Of a stretch of 64,000 nt of DNA, positions 32,724 to 42,265 are shown in pieces; position 1 is the first letter of the stretch, and each line of letters starts with the position of its first letter. The DNA is from Deltaproteobacteria bacterium. Lineage in GTDB: Bacteria > Myxococcota_A > UBA9160 > UBA6930. The stretch covers positions 810-64,809 of the forward strand of contig JAJDAP010000095.1 of NCBI GenBank assembly GCA_029261795.1. Reading direction: 5' to 3'. The notes beneath the pieces are model-generated. The model was not told the DNA's origin. It ran no database searches and worked only from the letters and a program-made list of their open reading frames with translations. A program made the translations under genes and the position numbers.

Positions 32724-32778
32724 AGGGGAAATGCCCCAAAATTGCCTTAGTACGGCGAACAAAGGCGAAATCAGTCTG

Positions 32779-33630
32779 TCACCCTGTAGACAAGAAGCTC
32801 GTCACGGCCTCGGTGAAGGCATCGTTGCGGTCGCCGGCCACCATGTGGCCCGCACCGGAGACATCCACGTATTCGGCGTGCGGGACCAGCTCGAGAAACT
32901 CCTGGGCGTGGGCTTCCTCGACCAGTTCGCTCATGCGGCCGCGTACCAGCAGGGTCGGCACGGTCAGGCCGCGCGCTGCCTGCTTAAGGGCGTCAGGTTC
33001 GATCGGCGAGCCTTCGGGGCCTTCTCGTCGCATGAAGCCCGGGTCCCAATGCCAGCGCCAGCGGCCATCCTCGCGCAGTCGCAAGTTCTTCTCGAGGCCC
33101 GAAACGTCCTTTGGCCGCGGCCGATGCGGTAGGTAGCGGGCCACCGCATCCGCGGCTTCTTCGAGGCTTCCGAAGCCCTCGTCGATCCGGTCGGCCATGA
33201 ACGACTTGATCGTGTCGACGCCGGCCGCGTTCATGCTAGGCGTGACGTCGACGAGTACGAGATGCGAACCCGGAGGCGCGGGCGCTATGGCGTTGGCCAG
33301 CAGCCCTGCAAGACCGCCTAACGATGCACCCACCAGCGCGGGCGGTCGTGTCAGCTGCGCCGCGACCTCGACGGTGTCCTGGCCGAAGCGCTGAAAAGCG
33401 TAGTCGCCGGCACTCGACCAATCGCTGTCGCCGTGGCCGCGAAGGTCGAGGGCAATGCCGAACCAGCCCGCGTCGGCCAACGCTCGAGCGGTGCCACCCC
33501 ACGCATGTCGGGTCTGGCCACCGCCGTGCTGCAACAACACCGGCGGCGCCGTCGGATCGCCGAAGCCATCCGCTCGGAGCGTCAGGCCGTCGCTGGTCTG
33601 GAACTCGAGGAGCTGCGGCGCTTCGCTCAC
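32779..33630 (-). CDS. alpha/beta-fold hydrolase
   Basis: 283 aa with a GTG start overlapping the upstream stop (GTGA). 'PVLLQHGGGQTRHAW', nucleophile elbow 'LVGASLGG', and C-terminal 'SGAGHMVAGD'. Confidence 0.8.
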   Translation of the reverse strand: MSEAPQLLEFQTSDGLTLRADGFGDPTAPPVLLQHGGGQTRHAWGGTARALADAGWFGIALDLRGHGDSDWSSAGDYAFQRFGQDTVEVAAQLTRPPALVGASLGGLAGLLANAIAPAPPGSHLVLVDVTPSMNAAGVDTIKSFMADRIDEGFGSLEEAADAVARYLPHRPRPKDVSGLEKNLRLREDGRWRWHWDPGFMRREGPEGSPIEPDALKQAARGLTVPTLLVRGRMSELVEEAHAQEFLELVPHAEYVDVSGAGHMVAGDRNDAFTEAVTSFLSTG

Positions 33631-34691
33631 GCGGCCGCTTCGGCCTCGCGGTCTGCCAGGGCATTGAACGCCGCCAGGATGCGCTCACCGTCCGGGGCCC
33701 CAAGGATGCGCTGGCTCATCAGCTCGCGCTCCTGGGCTGCCGCCAGGCGCGGCCGCTCGACGGTGGCCCAACGCACCAGCCCCGCCCAGACGGAATCGAC
33801 GAGTTCGCTGCCGGGGATCTCGGCGCCGTCCTTGCCGCGGAAGTGGACACTCCGGATCTCGCCGAGGTAGAGCCGCAACGAACGCACATGGATCTCTTCG
33901 TCGGCGCGGATTCGGCCGACGATCTCGGCGGCGTGTTCCGCCTCCGGGCGTCGGCCCTTGAACAGGTCGGGGTCGCGCAACAGGGTCTCGCTCAGCTGGA
34001 AGCCGAGTTCGGCGCGGAACTCGATCAACAGCAGGTTCAGCAGGAAGGAAACCAGCCGCTGGTGTCCCTCGCTGATGTCCGGGTGCAGCGACAACTCTCC
34101 CTCTGGGCGCCCGATGTTCTCGGGAATCACCGGTTCCTCGAATTTCGTCTCGCCGAAGGCCAGGTCTCGCAGCGCGAACCACATCAAATCGTGGCCGCCG
34201 ATGCCCTGTTCGGGTTCGCCCCCCTCGTCGAGGCCGTGGGCCTTCAAGAGGCCGCCGTTCAGGTGGCCGATGGCCATCTCCGAGATGTCCTCGACGACGG
34301 CGTCGGCGAAGTTCGGCAACTCCATCGTCGCGAGCACGCGTCCGCGGGCCTCGATGTGCCCGGTGATGGTGAGCATGTTCCAGAAGGTCAGGCCCTGGCC
34401 TTCCTGGAGCAGCAATTTCATCTGCGCCGCGTTCGGATAGCGAATGCCCGAGAGGAGCGAGGCGTCGGCCTCCAGCCACTCCCCGCCCCGTTCGCGGAGT
34501 GCCGCGGTCCACGCCCCGAGGGCGGGTTCACGGAGCAGTGCCCGCGGCGGCTGATACGCGCCGTTTTCGAGGAATCCGCCGTGGATCCGGTGCCCGGCCT
34601 CGATCTGCGGTTTGGCGAACTCGTGAGAGCTGAGTAGTTCGTCCTCGGAATAGCGGAGCTTGCGTGCCATGGGGCCTCCAATGCGCGCCAA
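33627..34691 (-). CDS. conserved-looking all-alpha hypothetical protein (possible carboxylate/His metal site)
   Basis: 354 aa with coding-like composition. It is translationally coupled to the hydrolase. Motifs 'ITGHIEARG', 'ISEMAIGH', 'LLIEFRAE' and 'RADEEIHVRSL' (E-x-x-H). No family was recognised with confidence. Confidence 0.55.
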   Translation of the reverse strand: MARIGGPMARKLRYSEDELLSSHEFAKPQIEAGHRIHGGFLENGAYQPPRALLREPALGAWTAALRERGGEWLEADASLLSGIRYPNAAQMKLLLQEGQGLTFWNMLTITGHIEARGRVLATMELPNFADAVVEDISEMAIGHLNGGLLKAHGLDEGGEPEQGIGGHDLMWFALRDLAFGETKFEEPVIPENIGRPEGELSLHPDISEGHQRLVSFLLNLLLIEFRAELGFQLSETLLRDPDLFKGRRPEAEHAAEIVGRIRADEEIHVRSLRLYLGEIRSVHFRGKDGAEIPGSELVDSVWAGLVRWATVERPRLAAAQERELMSQRILGAPDGERILAAFNALADREAEAAA

Positions 34692-34876
34692 CCTTAGAAC
34701 GGCTCGCGCGCGCCCGCCTGTGACCGCGGTAGGACTGCACCCGTCGGCGCCTCGTCGGGCGGCAAGCGGCGTCGCCAGTTCCCCGAACGCTCACGGCATT
34801 TCCGGTTCGCCCGAAAAGGCGAGGCGTCTCCTCCGGGTGCGGATCTGGCACACTCCTTCGTGGCCGGAGGTGCCCC

Positions 34877-36037
34877 GTGGCCAGCGACAGCCCCGAAGTC
34901 TCGTTCGTTCTGCCCTGCCTCGATGAGGCCGAGACCCTCGAGCCTTGCATTCGCACCATCCAGCAATGCATCACCGACGCGAACCTCGACGCGGAGATCA
35001 TCGTCGCAGACAACGGCAGCAGCGACGGTTCCCGGGAGATCGCGACACGGCTGGGGGCACGTCTGGTCGAGGTCTCCGACCGCGGCTACGGCAACGCCTT
35101 GATGGGTGGTTTCGACGCGGCCCGGGGCCGCTTCCTGATCATGGGCGACGCCGACGAGTCCTACGACTTCGCCGAGGCGTTCCCGATGATCGAGGGGCTG
35201 CGCGCCGGCGCGGATCTCGTGATGGGTTCGCGCATGCAGGGTCGGATCGAGCCCGGCGCCATGCCGTGGCTGCATCGCTGGCTCGGCAATCCGGTGCTTT
35301 CCTTCGTGGGTCGCCTGCTATTCAGGACACCGGTTTCGGATTTCCACTGCGGGCTGCGCGGCCTGACGAAGAAGGCCTATCGACAACTCGGGCTTCGGAC
35401 CTCCGGAATGGAGTTCGCAAGCGAGATGGTCGTGAAGGCCGCGGCCCGGGGACTCCAGATCGGGGAAGTGCCGATCACGCTGCGTCCGGATGGCCGTTCC
35501 CGCGCTCCGCACCTGCAGACCTGGCGCGATGGTTGGCGCCATCTGCGTTTCATGATGGTGCTCTCGCCCCGCTGGACGCTATTCGCGCCGGGCCTGGTCC
35601 TGACCGCCCTCGGTGTGGCGGCGCTGGGCGCCCTTTCGCTCGGCCCGGTCGTGATCGGCAGCGTGAGCTTCGATGTCCACACGATGGTGGTTGCAAGCCT
35701 GCTCGTGATCGTCGGCTATCAGGCCGTGGGAATCGGGATCGCCGCGCGCATCTTCGCCGTCGAGGAGGAGATCGGACCGGCTGCGCCCTGGATGCGGAAC
35801 CTCTTCGATATCTTCACCCTCGAGCGTGGCATCGTGGCCGGCGCCCTGTTGACGCTGCTCGGCGTCGGCTTGATCGGAACCGCGGCGGCCGGTTGGGCGG
35901 ACGCCGGGTTCGGCCCCCTCGATCCTCGCGTCACGCTTCGTCCCGTGATCGTCGGGGCGACGCTGGCGGGAACCGGCGTGCAGACGCTGGCACTCTCCTT
36001 CGTCTACAGCATGCTCGGGATTCGTCGGAAACGTTAG
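34877..36037 (+). CDS. family-2 glycosyltransferase with C-terminal TM helices (polyprenol-phosphate sugar synthase-like)
   Basis: 386 aa. GTG start 6 nt after GGAGG. 'VSFVLPCLDEAETL...EIIVADNGSSDGSREIA...RGYGNALMGGF...LIMGDADESYDF' followed by ~4 hydrophobic helices. Confidence 0.85.
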   Translation: MASDSPEVSFVLPCLDEAETLEPCIRTIQQCITDANLDAEIIVADNGSSDGSREIATRLGARLVEVSDRGYGNALMGGFDAARGRFLIMGDADESYDFAEAFPMIEGLRAGADLVMGSRMQGRIEPGAMPWLHRWLGNPVLSFVGRLLFRTPVSDFHCGLRGLTKKAYRQLGLRTSGMEFASEMVVKAAARGLQIGEVPITLRPDGRSRAPHLQTWRDGWRHLRFMMVLSPRWTLFAPGLVLTALGVAALGALSLGPVVIGSVSFDVHTMVVASLLVIVGYQAVGIGIAARIFAVEEEIGPAAPWMRNLFDIFTLERGIVAGALLTLLGVGLIGTAAAGWADAGFGPLDPRVTLRPVIVGATLAGTGVQTLALSFVYSMLGIRRKR

Positions 36038-36580
36038 GTGCGCACGCTCGACCGTTGGCTCCAACGCTGGCGCGCCGCCAAGGCGCTGCCGTTCATTCGC
36101 GAAGGCGATCGGCTGCTCGATATCGGCTGCTATGACCGCGTGCTGATGGAGCGCGCGGCCGGCCGGGTGGCGAGCGCCCTGGGGGTCGATCCGTTGATCG
36201 AGGCCGGCCAACGGGGCCGGCTCCGTTGGCAGCGCGGGACCTTTCCCCAGGAGGTCGATTTCGAGGCCGGTGCTTTCGATTGCATCACGATGTTGGCGGT
36301 ACTCGAGCACGTCCCGCGCCCGTCGGAACTCGCCGCGGCCTGCGAACGGGTGCTGGCGCCGGGCGGTCGTGTCGTCCTCACGGTGCCGCACCCATTCGTC
36401 GACACCCTGCTCGACGTCCTGATCCGAAGCGGATTGGCCGACGGCATGTCCGAGGAGGAGCACCACGGCTTCGATGTCCGCAGCACCGGGTCGCTATTCG
36501 AAGCTGCGGGCCTGCGCCTGGTCTCGGTGCGCTCGTTCCAGCTCGGCTTGAATCGTCTGTTCGTCTTCGAGAAGGATTGA
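36038..36580 (+). CDS. class I SAM-dependent methyltransferase
   Basis: 180 aa. The GTG start immediately follows the GT2 stop. 'RLLDIGCYDRVL' (motif I-like), 'FDCITMLAVLEHVPRP' and 'GGRVVLTVP'. Confidence 0.7.
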   Translation: MRTLDRWLQRWRAAKALPFIREGDRLLDIGCYDRVLMERAAGRVASALGVDPLIEAGQRGRLRWQRGTFPQEVDFEAGAFDCITMLAVLEHVPRPSELAAACERVLAPGGRVVLTVPHPFVDTLLDVLIRSGLADGMSEEEHHGFDVRSTGSLFEAAGLRLVSVRSFQLGLNRLFVFEKD

Positions 36581-36598
36581 ACCGGCTCGCAGCGGCGA

Positions 36599-38863
36599 TC
36601 AACGAATCGCGGGCGTTGGTTCGGTGAGGCGCCGAAGATCCGGGCCCGGAATCGATTCGCCGCGACGAACCGCGGCCTCGGAAACGGCGACCTCGCCACC
36701 GCCGCCACTTCCGATCAGGCGGTAGCGGTCGCCGCTCTGGATGGCCGTGCTGCGGTCGCCGGTCGGGTAGGGGACGGTCAGGCGGTAGCGGCCGCTGCCG
36801 TTGCTGCGAGCGCGCACCTCGTAGCGCAGGGCTTCGCCGCGGGGGCTCTCGAGCGCGATCCGGGCCGTCACCGTCGAGCCGGGTTCGGCGCTGCCCTCGA
36901 TGCGCGCGCCCGCGACGATCTCGAACCAGCGGTAGGCGGCCGCGGCCCGGGTCAGCGGGTCGAGCCCGGCTTCATCGATGCCGGGCTTCCACGCAGCTTC
37001 GTGGATCAGCCGATGACGGGAGAGGGCGGCCACCTCGATGGTGCGGCCGTCGGAGCCGGTGTCGCGGGATTGGAAGCCGCGATGGAGGGCCGTGCGCCGT
37101 GCCATCGTCAACGGCTCGTAGGCCCGCCCATGCCCGGAGCCCCCGGGTGCGGCAAGCACATAGCGAACGCCTAGCGTCTCGAGCAGTTCGATGGCGCGTG
37201 TCTCATCGGATTCGCCGTAATAGCGTTCGGCGGCTTCGTAGCTGGCGCGGCCCCCGTAGACGCCGAAATTGTCCTGGACCATGGCGCGCCGCGCGTAGTA
37301 TCGCACCAGGTGTCCCTGGCCCCAGGGTGTGAGGACGGCGTATCCAGGGCCCGCCTCGGCAGCCAGCCAGCCCGGGCTCTCCGGGCTGTTTTCCCCCAGC
37401 CAGCGCGCCAGCGGAACCAGCGTGGCGATCCGCTCGTCCAGGCCGAGTTTGCGGGGCGCTTCGTTCCGCATCGCCCGCAGCACATCCCCCGAAGGCTCGG
37501 CGTACACCATGAGCGAGGTTCCGGTCGCGGCGAAGGCGAGGGCGGCGGCGGCCAGGCGCGGTTGATAGGCGCGCTCGACGAAGGCACCGGCCAGCAGGGC
37601 GACCGGAACGGCCAGTTCATTGGAGAATCGGATCTGGTTCGATGAGGCTGCAAAGAACGCGATGCTCCAGGCGATCAGCAACCAGACGCCACTTCCTTCG
37701 CCGGCGCGCACAGCACGCAAGCCCAGCCAGAACGCGACCGGCAGCACCAGCGCGATAGCCTGGGTGAAGAGCAACCGCGGCACGTTGACATCGAAGACGC
37801 CGCCCGCGGTCCACATGGAGCGGAGTTCGAGGACGTGGCTCTGGAAGTCCTCGGCCTCCTGGAACCAACCGGCGCCCACCAGCAACGCCTGGCCGAGTTC
37901 CGGCGCCGCGAGCACGGTCGCTCCGAGGCCGACGGCTCCGAGTCCGAGCGCGCTGCCAATCCTCTGGCCGCGCCTTCCGCCGAGGGGTGTGCGCGCCCAG
38001 AGCTCGGCGGACGAGCCGAGCACGGCGGCTCCGGCCGCGAACAGGACAGGCTGGAACGAGGACAGGACCAGCGGTGAGAAGCCGCCATACTCGAGCCAGA
38101 CGACGCCTAACGAAAAGGGTGCGATGGCCAGCGCGGCGACGCCACAGGCCAGCGCCAGCTCCCGGCCGCGCGCGATGGCGACCGATCGATCGCCGGCAGC
38201 GAGAACCGTGACAGAGGCGACGACGAGCGTGATCCCAACATGCAGGAGTGCGCCGGTCCAGATCAGCAGCACCGTCGCCATCGCGAGGCCGAGCTCGATG
38301 GCGACCCGCAGGCGGCGGCGTCCGACGGGCCCGTCCAGCCAGCGCATTCCGACGAATAGCAGCCAGCTGGTGGCCAGCACCGCGCCGACGTGGTGGTCGC
38401 TCTTTGCAATGCGCGAGGAGAGTTGGTGCGCGGGCAAGACCGCGAGAAGGAGTGCACAGGTGGCCGCCGCTCGATCCCCGAACTGGCGCCGCGCCATCGC
38501 GAAGACGAGCACGATCGTGGCGAGACCGATCAGGGGTGGGACGCCAGCGACCACGGCTTCGAGCCGCTCGCGATCCCCCGCTGCGCCGAAAGGCAGCGCC
38601 AGCGCCGCGATGCCGAGATCCCAGAGGGGCGGCCACACGATCTCGCCGCCATTCGGCGCGTTCACATAGGCGTCGCGGGAAAGCACGGCCGGGAAGTTCT
38701 CGACCGAGTACTCGATGCGGCGCAGGTGATAGAACTCATCGGCCCCACCCGGCGGCAGGATCCCTTGTTCGCTCACCACGGCGGGCCAGGGCACCACCAC
38801 GCGGACCACCGCACCCAGCACGAGTGCCGCAAGAAGGGCGAGTCCTGCACCTCCGCCGGGCAT
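36599..38863 (-). CDS. GT-C fold glycosyltransferase, STT3/AglB-like oligosaccharyltransferase homologue
   Basis: ATG at 38863; the track ORF extends to 39286 over the MarR gene and was trimmed. About 13 TM helices. The first loop, 'GGADEFYHLRRIEYSVENFPAVLSRDAYVNAPNGGEIVWPPLWD', resembles STT3/AglB 'DP.YH.R..E....FP...D....YP.G....W.PL'. After the last TM, 'LTPWGQGHLVRYYARRAMVQDNFGV' aligns with 'WWDYGY....A.R....DN'. Confidence 0.6.
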   Translation of the reverse strand: MPGGGAGLALLAALVLGAVVRVVVPWPAVVSEQGILPPGGADEFYHLRRIEYSVENFPAVLSRDAYVNAPNGGEIVWPPLWDLGIAALALPFGAAGDRERLEAVVAGVPPLIGLATIVLVFAMARRQFGDRAAATCALLLAVLPAHQLSSRIAKSDHHVGAVLATSWLLFVGMRWLDGPVGRRRLRVAIELGLAMATVLLIWTGALLHVGITLVVASVTVLAAGDRSVAIARGRELALACGVAALAIAPFSLGVVWLEYGGFSPLVLSSFQPVLFAAGAAVLGSSAELWARTPLGGRRGQRIGSALGLGAVGLGATVLAAPELGQALLVGAGWFQEAEDFQSHVLELRSMWTAGGVFDVNVPRLLFTQAIALVLPVAFWLGLRAVRAGEGSGVWLLIAWSIAFFAASSNQIRFSNELAVPVALLAGAFVERAYQPRLAAAALAFAATGTSLMVYAEPSGDVLRAMRNEAPRKLGLDERIATLVPLARWLGENSPESPGWLAAEAGPGYAVLTPWGQGHLVRYYARRAMVQDNFGVYGGRASYEAAERYYGESDETRAIELLETLGVRYVLAAPGGSGHGRAYEPLTMARRTALHRGFQSRDTGSDGRTIEVAALSRHRLIHEAAWKPGIDEAGLDPLTRAAAAYRWFEIVAGARIEGSAEPGSTVTARIALESPRGEALRYEVRARSNGSGRYRLTVPYPTGDRSTAIQSGDRYRLIGSGGGGEVAVSEAAVRRGESIPGPDLRRLTEPTPAIR

Positions 38864-38953
38864 GGCGTCGGAGCATGGCGGCTCCCGGGCCCGCCGCAAG
38901 CCGTTCGCGTCGCCCGTGTTTGAGCGGGCCTGCGGGACGGGTACCGTTCGAAG

Positions 38954-39418
38954 GTGGGATCCAGTCGAGACACGCGGCGCGGTGCCGCTCGCTATAGCGA
39001 GGCGGGTGCGGCGGTCTTCCAACTGCTCCAGGAACTCGATCGCAGTGGCGAGATCTGGGGCGACGAGGATGTGTCCCGCGGTCGGCTCTCGATCTTGCGG
39101 ATCCTGGCGACCCTGGGGCCGATGACGATCAGCGATGTCGCTCGAGCCCGGCGCAGCAGCCGTCAGGGCGCGCATCGCCTGAGTTCCGCGCTCGTCGATG
39201 AGGGCTGGATCTCGGCCCAGGAGAGTCCGGAAGATCGGCGCACCACTCGGCTCGAGCTCACCGCAGCCGGACTGGCCGCCTATCAAGCGCTGGCGGCCGC
39301 CGAAGCGGAGCGCTTGAACGCACTGGCCCGTGGCATCTCGGTCGCCGAGGTCCGGACCGCCTTGAAGGTGCTGAAGACCTTGCGACTCGGCGTCGCCGCG
39401 ATAGAGAGCAAGAAGTGA
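38954..39418 (+). CDS. MarR-family transcriptional regulator
   Basis: 154 aa with a GTG start. Winged HTH 'LSILRILATLGPMTISDVARARRSSRQGAHRLSSALVDEGWISAQESPEDRRTTRLELTAAG'. It is divergent from the GT-C gene with a 90-bp gap. Confidence 0.75.
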   Translation: MGSSRDTRRGAARYSEAGAAVFQLLQELDRSGEIWGDEDVSRGRLSILRILATLGPMTISDVARARRSSRQGAHRLSSALVDEGWISAQESPEDRRTTRLELTAAGLAAYQALAAAEAERLNALARGISVAEVRTALKVLKTLRLGVAAIESKK

Positions 39419-39446
39419 TCCTGCCGACGGGCACCGATCGCAGAGA

Positions 39447-40331
39447 TCAGGTCGTCAGGTCAGGTGTCGTTCTCGGGGCACGGATCAACCCTTCCTGGGC
39501 CACCGACGCCAGCAGCACGCCCTCGCGAGAGTAGAGGGAACCGCGCGCGAAACCCCTGCCGGCCGAGGCCGAAGGGCTGTCCTGGGCATAGAGCACCCAG
39601 TCGTCGACACGAATCGGGCGGTGGAACCAGACGGCATGGTCGAGGCTCGCCGCCATCGAGATCGTACCGGCACGGGTTCGTTTGGCGTGATGTCGCGCAA
39701 TCGTGTCGATCAGTGACATATCGGTCGCGTAAGTGAGCAGACACTCATGGAGCAGCGGATCGTGCGCCTCGGGAACGCCGCCCGCGCGCAGCCAGATCAG
39801 GTTCGGATCTCGCCCTCCCTCGCCTCCCAGATAGGTCGGCAGGTTCACGAAGCGGAAGTCGAAGGGCGGCTCGCCACGCGCCTCGCGGCTCTCGAAATCG
39901 GGAACACGATCGCTGTGTTCGCGAAGCTGTTCGAGCCAGGTCGGCAGACTCTCGGGCTCGGGTGCCTCGGGCATGTCGGACTGATGCTCGTAACCCGACT
40001 CCGGCGCGTGAAAGGACGTGGCGAGGTTGAAGATCGCCCGGCCATGTTGGATCGCGACCACCCGACGCGTCGTGAACGAGCGGCCGTCGCGAATGCGATC
40101 CACCGTGTAGAGCACCGGAATCTTCGGATCGCCCGGGCGCAGGAAGTAGCCGTGGAGAGAGTGGGGCACCAGGTTCTCGACCGTGCGCCCCGCGGCCATC
40201 AACGCCTGTGCCAGGACCTGGCCGCCAAACAAGCGATGCACCTGGCCCCGCTCATTCGCGCCCCGGAAGATGTTGAGATCGATCTCCTCCAGGTCGAGGA
40301 TCTCGCAGAGCTCATCGAAACGTTTTCCCAT
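39447..40331 (-). CDS. tesB: acyl-CoA thioesterase II
   Basis: 294 aa. 'LDLEEIDLNIFRGANE...RLFGGQVLAQALMAA' and double hot-dog length, with 'SLDHAVWFHRP' in the second half. Confidence 0.88.
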   Translation of the reverse strand: MGKRFDELCEILDLEEIDLNIFRGANERGQVHRLFGGQVLAQALMAAGRTVENLVPHSLHGYFLRPGDPKIPVLYTVDRIRDGRSFTTRRVVAIQHGRAIFNLATSFHAPESGYEHQSDMPEAPEPESLPTWLEQLREHSDRVPDFESREARGEPPFDFRFVNLPTYLGGEGGRDPNLIWLRAGGVPEAHDPLLHECLLTYATDMSLIDTIARHHAKRTRAGTISMAASLDHAVWFHRPIRVDDWVLYAQDSPSASAGRGFARGSLYSREGVLLASVAQEGLIRAPRTTPDLTT

Positions 40332-40392
40332 CGCTCGGCTTTAGCACACGCTCCGAGCGCCGCGTTATGATGCCCGTCCCCACCGAGAGAGG

Positions 40393-41508
<1,116 letters not shown>

Positions 41509-41915
41509 GCAAAGGCTAGCGTGTAGTCCTCCAGCAGCGATCGGTGTCAGTCTTGCCCCCACTGGTGCCAGTGGCTGGTCGGTGATCGCGGGAGCATCCT
41601 GTTTCTGCGGCGCGATCTTTGCCTGGAGCGTGGGAAGGGCAGCCGAGTACGGGGGATTCGTCAGGATTTCGGTCGCTGCTTGGCTACTGCTCGTCGCTGG
41701 TTCCTCGCCACTCTTTGCTTCCCACCTCAGTCCCATGCCAATCTACGTGTTCTGGGCAGCGCTTGGTGCGAATCTCGCTTGTTTGGCGGTCTCACTCCCG
41801 TCGAAGCGCGATTTAGCGGCCCATCAGCGGGAGCGTTCTTCCCGCGATCCGAAGCTACGCCGGTGCAGTCTTCTGACCTGGGGGCAGCCTTCGGTGGGGC
41901 CGGCGCGTATGGCTG

Positions 41916-41975
41916 GAGGATAGGAAGAACAGGCTGCGTTATCTCCCAATGTCCGGGTAAGGACGTTATGTCAAG
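41916..41975. repeat. 60-bp direct repeat, copy 1
   Basis: GAGGATAGGAAGAAcAGGCTGCGTTATCTCCCAATGTCCGGGTAaGGACGTTATGTCAAG. It matches 43676-43735 at 58 of 60 positions, with mismatches at 41930 and 41960. Weaker similarity continues ~25 nt downstream. Confidence 0.9.
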
Positions 41976-42127
41976 TAGCCGCAGCGGGCCCGAGACGGGC
42001 GCATCTCGCTGGCGGAGGCGGCGCGCGCCTTCGAGTCATACGACCGGGGCGAATGGATCAGGGTTCTGGTCGAGCCCTTTCGCGATTAGCAGAGAGAGCG
42101 CTTCGCGCTAGTCGCCGCAAGAGCGGT

Positions 42128-42265
42128 TCACGGATCACCGCGGTTCATCCGGTGATTGTAGCTCTCGGAGACGATCCACGTCTCGAAGATCGCCCCGCGA
42201 AGCGGATGCACCCGCAGCTGCTCGGCCGGGCGAATCCCGTAGCGCCCTCGGCTCGCAGGATCTCG
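42128..42265 (-). pseudogene. remnant of a second DUF4143-type ATPase gene
   Basis: The 45 codons after the TAG of the intact ATPase read 'RDPASRGRYGIRPAEQLRVHPLRGAIFETWIVSESYNHRMNRGDP*'. 'hP.rGaiFE.wvvsE' resembles the conserved DUF4143 segment, which the intact gene already has elsewhere. Confidence 0.4.

Noticed and set aside
38864-39286. N-terminal extension of the STT3-like ORF
   Set aside because: It overlaps the divergent MarR gene. The ATG at 38863 precedes the first TM helix.
41582-41923. 113-aa plus-strand ORF with hydrophobic segments after frmA
   Set aside because: It has no RBS and no recognisable family, and it runs into the 60-bp repeat. It could be real but I cannot support it.
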